Shown here: piece after piece, positions 55,214-64,000 of the stretch | How the letters are laid out: every line of letters starts with the position of its first letter | Position numbering within the stretch: position 1 is the stretch's first letter | NCBI GenBank assembly: GCA_032718475.1 | Contig: JAUCBJ010008219.1 | Span: forward strand, 31,574-95,573 | Direction: 5' to 3' | DNA: 64,000 nucleotides | Source: Nemertoderma westbladi | Taxonomy: Eukaryota; Animalia; Xenacoelomorpha | Position numbers and translations under genes: made by a program | The notes under the pieces: model-generated | What the model saw: the letters and a program-made list of their open reading frames with translations, nothing else | Database searches by the model: none | What the model was told of the DNA's origin: nothing

Positions 55214-56403
55214 TTAAGGCCTACTTTCCTCTTGTTTCGCTCTAACATACTTGAGGCCGGTAGGTCCGCTGTTAGGGATAGACTATATGCAACTTAAGAC
55301 TGCCTGTTCAATAGAAGTGGATTAGGCGGGATAGTGAATGTCAGGGGCAAGTGGCTGAACTGGTTAGCGCTACTGAGGAGGCCTGATAGGCTGAAACGTA
55401 CGTATAGCGCTGGTTCAACCGCCGGTGACGCGCTTTCTCCTTTTTTCCATTTCTGAACAAAACCATAATATTACATCAAAAATTGTAGAAGTACAGTAGT
55501 AGGGTTTTGAAGTTGACAATTTCATAAAAAAATATTTGGAGATAATCGACCTTTCATTATACATAGTACAGTAATAGTAATTTCAATAGGTTTACCTAAA
55601 TGGAAATTGTTATAGCTTGAAAACTAAAAGAGCTATTAAATAGCGGTTTTCAGATTTGGAAACACCATTTAATCGAGCATTATAATAGATCATAAAAATA
55701 ATTTCGACATATTATTTTGAACCAAATGTTGTACCCTGAATTCCAGTTGTACAGTATTATAAAGTAATACTGTTAGCCGTTAGCTGTTAGCCCTACTACA
55801 TCTCAATGATAAGAACATACAGTATTGTTTCACACGAAGTTCAAATTAAATTTTTTGAATATTTGATAAATTGTATTTTATATTCCAAATTAATGGAAAT
55901 GTTCCATTACAGAATGTACAGGTTAAATTAAGCACCTAATATGGCATGCTTCTGACTTCAACCAATCACACATCCTCTTTGAATAAATATCCATATAGAT
56001 CGCATAAATCAGGAGCCCGCCGTTTTTTGCTTGTAAAGGCGGCGGGAAGTAATTATAGTGTTGCGGTTAAGGTTTTATGAGAGTATTATGAAGTACCAAC
56101 TGTATGATAAAGGTAACGAAATTAGCATTTAAGAGAGGCTGGAGGATAATACAGTATTCTTCAGGACGGAGTTCCACGATGGAGGGATCTTCGATCGATC
56201 TGTATTAACATAAGGACAAATGCCTCAAGAACATCTGGGCAGCTACCGATAGACAGTGTCAATGGACAGAGCCGCCAACCCTGTTTTACACTGCCAATGA
56301 AATAATTATTTCAGAAAACTTAGCATTTTATTGTAACTACAGTACAATATGTGATACTACACAGTACTACTACAAAACTGTAGGTACAGTAGAGCGAGCG
56401 CGT

Positions 56404-56778
56404 ACAGTGGAAAAGAGATCCTTCCAGGCTTCCCGATTCTCCAACTACTACTATGTCGAGCGAACTCAGACAGTGGAAATGAGATCCTTCCAGACTTCCC
56501 GATTCACCAACTACTACTAGGTCGAGCGAACTCAGACAGTGGAAATGAGATCCTTCCAGACTTCCCGATTCACCAACTACTACTACAGTAGGTCGAGCGA
56601 ACTCAGACAGTGGAAATGAGATCCTTCCAGGCTTCCTGATTTTCCAACTACAACTAGGTCGAGCGAACTCAGACAGTGGAAATGAGATCCTTCCAGGCTT
56701 CCCGATTCTCCAATACTACTAGGTCGAGCGAACTCAGACAGTGGAAATGAGATCCTTCCAGGCTTCCCGATTCTCCAT
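56404..56778. repeat. Minisatellite, about 66-bp unit, about 6 copies
   Basis: GTCGAGCGAACTCAGACAGTGGAAATGAGATCCTTCCAGGCTTCCCGATTCTCCAACTACTACTAG repeated. Confidence 0.92.
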
Positions 56779-56929
56779 AGTTGTCACAATTTCGTTTCTC
56801 CCAAGTTTAGTATCCCTTTCAAGTTGGTTTATATATACAGTATGTTATATACGGGTACGCATTCCTTGTGTTGGTTGCCAGAAAGGTACCTGTAGTATAT
56901 CTGGTATAACCTCGTGTTTAGTTCTCCAG

Positions 56930-57070
56930 CTTGAGTTGTGGCGGTGCAACTTTGTTGACAAGCCGGCATAACATTCTTATTGCACGCTGCATTGGGGTTG
57001 CCAATTGTTGATTGCATGGTGGTGACAAAATTATTTCGTTAAGCTGGAATAGCATCTCAATGTAGTAGTA
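56930..57070 (+). mobile_element. Diverged RTE 3'-end fragment
   Basis: Encodes [12 protein letters not shown], matching the C-terminus of the 52425-53627 ORF. Confidence 0.75.
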
Positions 57071-57579
57071 GGCCTACTGCTCCTTCAACACCAGCAGTGC
57101 TCAATGAATCTTAATCTGCGTAATTGATCGGTAAACTCGAACTTTTTTCATTGTAATACCCAGGGAGTTAGACCCCATTCAACTATATTTCCTATTACTG
57201 GAATACCACCCAGCCATCAGTCAACCTACTGTACCCATCACTATGTTCACGGAGAGTTGTTGATACATGTGGTATCGTACCATAAAACTCGGCGTTTATC
57301 ATGTGTCCCACCAACTACAGTATGTGTTAGGTGTTTTTAAATAATTAATTTAATTTCAAACACTAAGGGAAAGCCCCAGAAGTTTTAAAGTTGCGGTGTT
57401 TTCTAACCAAAACAATAAACAAAATCTTAAATAACATATATGCGAACAATTTGAGCTGGAGATCGCTTTTTTCACTTGAGGTCAATGTACGGCAGTATTA
57501 GATGCAGGTGATCTTTAGGGCTGCCATTAATAGTCTTATAACTTTTTGTTGGGCACAGCTTAATTGCAAAGTCGGCAAT

Positions 57580-57655
57580 GACGTCCGGGTGGGATCGAAC
57601 TGGTGACCTCCGGGTTGGAAGTCTGACGCTGTAACCATTCCGCTAGCGGCTCCGG
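57580..57655 (-). mobile_element. tRNA-like SINE head or tRNA pseudogene
   Basis: Minus strand TAGCGGAATGGTTACAGCGTCAGACTTCCAACCCGGAGGTCACCAGTTCGATCCC with A/B-box-like motifs but poor stem pairing. Confidence 0.55.
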
Positions 57656-57699
57656 TAAAAGATAGACCTGGAAATACTGCCTGATACTGTACCTTGTAA

Positions 57700-57860
57700 C
57701 AATTCGTTGCTTAAGTTATTTCGTCAGTATGTCTAGGTCTCACCAGTATAATACACTTTCCACTGTGGCTCGAAAGAACTTGGTTTTCAGGTGACGGGAG
57801 AGTTCTTATATCCAGATGGAATCCATTTTTGAAAGACCCACCCATGATTTGCATTTCATC
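57700..57860 (-). pseudogene. Old RTE reverse-transcriptase relic
   Basis: Fragments KSWVGLSKMDSIW and LKTKFFRATVESVLY resemble KAWAALNRL...IW and LKVRLFRTAVVPVLLYG of the nearby RTE. Confidence 0.6.
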
Positions 57861-59956
57861 AATGAACTCGCCCCATTCGGACCTTCAACCCAATATGGGT
57901 TGCAAGTGAAGGCCCTACGGTATGGTATGCCGTCTTACTGTCGCAATTCAAAAGCTGTAAATCATAAGGCGTTTCGGCCGTTAATTTATACATTATGTAG
58001 CCTATAGGCTACTCCTCCACCATATTGATCTGTAGGTTGGGCTACCACATTCACACAGAGTGTGGATTAACACTAAGTGGGCTGGAATAGGCATCGCATC
58101 ACCAAACCGCCATTCGGGCGAATCGTTGAAATCGCATATTAATAAGTCAAATAGAGCGTAGTAGCTTTAGTAGGCCTAATTTTGGAAATCCAATAAATTA
58201 TGTATTGCAAAGTAAAGAAATGTTTATCTTTTATGAGTCGAGCCAAAACTATAGAAGTGGTAGGAGAATTCGCAATAATTGTGATGAGTTACAAAGTAAG
58301 CAAATATGTCCGTTTGTTCAGCATAATAAAATATTATTGCATAAAAAAAGAAGGTATTGTCCAAATTGTCCAGATTTATAGGCCTAACACGAATACAGTA
58401 GCAGGTACCGGTACAGTACCGCAGTACCGGTATTGATCGCATACTTTGATAATGATTTCGGTTTACCTTCGGACCATTGGCTGGTGCGATAATTCTAGAA
58501 AAGCAGCATCCAATGTCTGTCTGATGGTGAATCTAAAATGACTCAAATTCTGACTTACATAGATTCCCACCAGGAGATAATTAAGCGTCAGTGGGTGACA
58601 GCCAGTACAGTCGTTGCTGGCCTGGCCTTGTTGATAAATACAGTAGCATGAACTTTCTGCTACATAGGATGGGAGTTGCACAAGGAATCAATCACTTTAA
58701 TACGAACAAATGGCAAGGTGTGGTCTGTATTAAATTACGTTTCATGTGTATGTAAATCACCGGGAATTACGCATTCTTTCAATTTTAAATAAACTCTGGC
58801 AGCAGTTAGAATGAGGCTGGCTTGGGGGATGAATGACTGAATGAGGGAGGCAGGCCGGCCCCTGTTGGTTTCTTTTATTGCAGAATATACAGTATGTACC
58901 ATTTACCATTGATGATACGTACACCGGGAAAGCCCACTTTAAAAGATGCAGGGTTCATGGGAAAGCCACCTTTACTAATGGTGCATTGTAAAACCGCAGT
59001 AGTAACGCCGTATTGCCAAAAACCCAGCAGCGTCATGCTCATGCAGGCACAATGCAGGCTTACCATTTACAGCTGTCGTAGAACTAAATCAGCATGTGGA
59101 AATGATCAGCTGATGGGTGGATTAAACGTGGTAGTCAGCGCCTGATGTACCCCTCCTCTTGGAGGTTACAGTTGGCTAGCATAGGCGTAGGCCTATTGAA
59201 CCAGAAAACTCGGCCAATGAAAACTCTTACTGTAGGCCTTAACCCTTTGTTGGACTTGTTGCTTTTAAGCAACAGTTATTAGTCTTATCTAATAGAAAAA
59301 CCATCAACCAACCATTACTACACCTTGAAGGTTATAGTAGGATAGTTAAATTATCCAATAAAAATGAAGGGCTTGGGTGGGAGGTTTAAATTATGTTGTA
59401 AGTTAGGCTGATAGGAATAATGTGAATTTTAGTTTATAGGTATCTTTAGGTCGGTTTTTTATTCCTGCAATAATTTTATGTTGCCAAAAAAAATAATAAC
59501 GTAATTTTTGTATATCCTGCACCTATTACATGTATTATTGCAAATTTACAGGATCATTTGTAATTCTGAGGCACAAAATAAGACGTGTTGCTTTTAAGCA
59601 ACAGAGTGCAGTAAAGGAAACGGATCAAAACAGTGCAATTTTAGGTTTTCCGTTTGTAGGATGTTAAAGACTTTTTGTTTGTCACTTCTAAGTAAATTAT
59701 TGATTGTTATAGAGTTAATAAATTATTTAATTACTTTAATTATTTAATAAGATAATAGGCTAATAATTATTAAATTAGGTACCGGTAATTAAATCACTAA
59801 GGCAAATACAGTTTCACAGGCAATTTATATATGCATAGAAGGGTCTTTCGATGATTTTAGTTAATTAATTGGGATACTAATTATTGGTTATTAGTTAATT
59901 AGGTGAATTAATTAATTAAATTGATTTGCTAATTATTTAATTAGGAAATTAATTTA

Positions 59957-61420
59957 GTATATGTGGTGCAGCCACCCTTGGAGAGTAAAATGTGGTGCAG
60001 CCACCGTTGGGGAGTATATGTGGTGCAGCCACCGTTGGAGAGTAGATGTGGTGCAGCCACCGTTGGAGAGTAGATGTGGTGCAGCCCCCGTTGGAGAGTA
60101 GATTTGGTGCAGCCACCCTTGGAGAGTAAATGTGGTGCAGCCACCGTTGGTTAGTAAATGTGGTGCAGCCTCCGTTGGGGAGTATATGTGGTGCAGCCAC
60201 CCTTGGAGAGTAAATGTTGTGCAGCCACCGTTGGGGAGTAAATGTGGTGCAGCCACCGTTGGTTAGTAAATGTGGTGCAGCCTCCGTTGGGGAGTATATG
60301 TGGTGCAGCCACCCTTGGAGAGTAAATGTTGTGCAGCCACCGTTGGGGAGTAAATGTGGTGCAGCCACCGTTGGGGAGTAAATGTGGTGCAGCCACCGTT
60401 GGGGAGTAGATGTGGTGTAGCCACCGTTTGGGAGTAAATGTGGTGCAGCCACCGTTGGGGAGTAGATGTGGTGTAGCCACCGTTTGGGAGTAGATGTGGT
60501 GCAGCCACCGTTGGGGAGTAGATGTGGTGCAGCCTCCGTTGGGGAGTAAATCTGGTGCAGCCACCGTTGGGGAATAAATCTGGTGCAGCCTCCGTTGGGG
60601 AGTAGATGTGGTGCAGCCACCGTTGGGGAGTAGATGCGGTGCAGCCACCGTTGGGGAGTAGATGTGGTACAACCACCACTGGGGAGTAAATGTGGTGCAT
60701 CCACCATAGGGGAGTAGATGTTGAACATTGGGGAGTAGATGTGATGCAGCCACCATTGGGGAGTAGATGTGGTGCAGCCACTGTTGGAGATAGTAGATGT
60801 GGTGCAGCCAGCGTTGAGGAGTAGGCCTAAATGTGATGCAGCCACCATTGGGGGTAGATATGGTGGTACAGCCACCATTGAGGGGTAGATTGTGGTGCAG
60901 CCATCGTAGGGGAGTAGATCTTGATCTTTGGGGAGTATGTGATGTGTGATGCAGCCACCATTGGGGAGTAGATATGGCGCAGTCACCATTGGGGGGAGTC
61001 GATGTTGACCATTGTGGTGTAGATGTGGCGCAGCCACCCTTGGGGAGTAGATGTTGACCATAGGGTAGTAGAAGTGATGCGGCCACCATTAGGGAGTAGA
61101 TGTGATGCAGCCACCATTGGGGAGTAGATGTTGACCATTGGACCTCGGGAGTATTTGTGATACAGCCACCATTGGGGAGTAAGCCTAAATGTGGTGCAGT
61201 CACCATTGGGGGTAGATGTGGTACAGCCACTATTGGGGAGATGTGGTGCAGCCACTATTGGGGAGTAGATTTGGTTCAGCCACCGTTGGGGAGTGGATGT
61301 GGTACAACCACCACTGGGGAGTAAATGTTGTGCAGCCACCGTTGGGGAGTAAATGTGGTGCAGCCACCGTTGGGGAGTAGATGAGGTACAGCCACCGTTG
61401 GGGAGTAGATGTGGTGCACC
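59957..61420. repeat. Minisatellite, 28-bp unit TAGATGTGGTGCAGCCACCGTTGGGGAG
   Basis: Tandem array of roughly 50 units; homogeneous at 59957-60660, more diverged at 60700-61250. Confidence 0.95.
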
Positions 61421-62439
61421 CACAGTACACAAGCAGGGCAGATAAACATACAAACAGTTAAAAAAGTCAGTCGAAACTGTTTTATTCAAACTTGAATAAA
61501 ACTGAAAGAAAAAAACACTCACTGTATATTTTTTTGTTTTTGTATAATTTTTGTCGCACTGTATTGCTTTTAAGCAACGTGTTGTGAAAACACACAAAAT
61601 TATAAAATATATTATGAAACATGATCTTTGCTCTAACTAATAAATATTACAATAAAGATGCGGAATGGATGTGCAATATATTGTTTTAGTTATTTCCGGT
61701 ACCGGTACAACTTTAATGTGAAGTAATGCAATAAAGTTGTTGTAGGTTTGGATGATCAGTTCTTGAGTAAATTAGGGACTTTGTTGTTATTGATATAGTT
61801 GATTGCGGAAATTCGTGTGTGAACCGAACCTAACTAACCCACGCCACGATGATCTATTTATAGGGACTTCGGAAGTCGGTAAACACATTAACAACTTACT
61901 GTCATTCTACATAAAATAGAACAGAGTGCACACGGTATACCGCGGCAATTATGTATTCAGTACCACTACCATCCTGTTGCCTCACAACCCTACCAACATT
62001 GGAAAATGTGCCGATAAACACCGGTAACTAACGTCTTGCCATGCATCATTTACTTCGGGGTGACTTCATACTGTATTAATAAGCAATGAGCCCACCCACC
62101 CACCCACGTCAAGTATGTAAATCTTTTATTTTTATAGCGATCGTGCGTTACTCCCTCTTTTGTGCTGCGTTGATTTTCCGGAGATATAAAATATTAAAAC
62201 TTTCCTATATTTGAACTTTCAAAGATATATCCTCTTATTAATATTATTTAGGATATATTTGGCAATGACGTACAAATCAAAATCAAATTAAATTTAAACC
62301 ACATCAAATTTAAAATCAAATCTAAATTAAAGCGAAACTGATTTGTTCATTGCACTACCTGTATTTCTCGTGCTGCTGCATTTATGAGTAAGTCATCCAC
62401 ACAACATGACGCTGTTGACACTTAACCGATTTCAGGAGT

Positions 62440-62660
62440 TGGGCTCAAGTTTCTAGTAATTTGTTCGCCACTGCTGCAAACGAGCAGGCTACGTTCGGTT
62501 CATTGGCCAGAAATTGGATTGCTGCTAGGATACATTCAAACAATATCAGCTGTTCCCAGTTGGTTCGTCAACACTCAACAGTATTGTACTGTTACCGACA
62601 TTGTCCGAATTTGGCAACCAAACATAACAAAACTTTCAATAGTACCGTGTAAGCAAGGTA
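62440..62660 (-). pseudogene. Old RTE-like reverse-transcriptase relic
   Basis: Minus strand TIESFVMFGCQIRTMS and YCLNVS resemble the RTE TVESVLLYGCETWT...LNVSW region. Confidence 0.45.
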
Positions 62661-64000
62661 CACCTTCAGACCTTGGTAGTAAGTGAGGCACTGAAATACA
62701 CGGTACCAGTAATACTGATTTGCATTACATAAAGGTGGGGTGGGGGCCTATTGGTATTTTGGAGAAAATAACAGTAGGCCTACTGCAAAACAATTAACAG
62801 TAAAATAATAACATTCAGTAATTAGGCCTACATCTCACAGTGTCACTGTGTCAGTATAATAGTAGTACTATCAGTCTGGCAGTACGGACGGTATAGCCAG
62901 CCCTAATATTAATTATACTTATGTTACACACCACACAGTATTATGATTCAGTAGTTGCAGTTGCCTATATCAGTATATACATACAGTTGGCCTACTTACT
63001 GATGTACTGACCACTGTGACTTTTAGTTTTTGAGGATATTCAGTGACGCGCTTTATTCATATTTCTGACCCTCTATATGGCTGTAGCAGGACCTCGACGT
63101 TATTCTGCTAGTGACACGGGAACTATTCTGATAAAGGTAATAGTAATAATAAATGGGTCGTTTGTTACAGTTACTGAATCGTAATAAACTCATAAGCACT
63201 AAATAGTATGAAATTAAATTTACCGGTAAGTTGTGTAGATAATGTAGCATAATGATTGACATGGGTCCCATAGGCGCTACAAGGCCTATTAGTTTTAGGT
63301 TGTTGATGTAATGGAAATATAAAATTGTCCAATTGCAAATATTGTAGATTGAACAAAAAATTTGTAATCCTACTCCAAAAATACTGTAGACTACTGTAGA
63401 AGTACAGGCTCTTATAAGGACATTTATAACTACTTTAAATCACTCCTCTTCTACATACACTATTCTTAATTCGGTTCTAAAATTTAAATTTTTCAGTCAA
63501 ACGTACAGTACCGCTACAACAGTAGCAGAATTTTTTTTAACCCTATTTGGCCCGGGAGGGGGGGGGGGGGGGGGGTGTTGTTTTATAATTTTTTTTAATT
63601 CATCTGTATCTTTGAATCAGGATTGTTAGGAAACATGAGATTTCGTGAATTTTCCTAAAATTTAATTGGCTATCCAACAGAGCAAACGCCATTTACACGG
63701 CTATGATTGTTTTCGTGCTGTCTCCAATCAGACACTAGGCTATAAAATATTATAAATGTCTCATTTGTCTCCCGAAGCTTCACACTTGAATGGAGTCCCT
63801 TGGTTATCACCTAAAGGGAGGATAAATTTAAACTGCTTTGAGTCCTAGGCTTCAAATATGGAAGATCTTGATTGTTTTTTCATAAACGCACTTTTCGACA
63901 AGGCCATATTGTCTCTCAATGTTCTTGCTTAATTATTTTGGAAAAGTAGAACTTTATAAAGAAACGACTGAATGAAATATTAACACAAGATACCGAGATG

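Noticed and set aside
57580-57655. Functional tRNA gene (also heads at 9724, 48325, 49290-49365)
   Set aside because: Acceptor and anticodon stems do not pair properly and the sequences continue into SINE-like bodies.
59941-61597. Long minus-strand ORFs (up to 370 aa) with HHIYSP/PNGGC repeats
   Set aside because: Translations of a 28-bp tandem repeat open in several frames; no unique coding sequence or splice support.

Overview
AT-rich, intron-containing animal (invertebrate-like) genomic DNA; the species cannot be determined from the sequence. Three host genes are visible. (1) A minus-strand Cys-loop receptor most like nicotinic acetylcholine receptor alpha9/alpha10, with five exons reconstructed (48927 to 10032). 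(2) A two-exon selenocysteine glutathione peroxidase (in-frame TGA at the catalytic site) nested on the same strand inside the receptor's 36.5-kb fourth intron. (3) A two-exon BK-channel beta-subunit-like gene on the plus strand (673-1636), probably inside the next intron. The giant intron is mostly a pile of nested transposons. One is a 12-kb DDE transposon (IS3EU-like, TAT...ATA ends, about 570-bp repeat-built TIRs, inserted in a poly-G run) carrying a spliced transposase and a convergent HECT E3 ubiquitin-ligase-like cargo gene, which a full-length CR1-group LINE has split. The other is a decayed Gypsy element containing a GC-rich intact Gypsy (RT motif IVED, tiny LTRs) and a very young BEL/Pao element. 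The rest is MITEs, tRNA-derived SINEs, RTE LINE relics, three minisatellites and abundant TA-flanked palindromes that look like transposon excision footprints.
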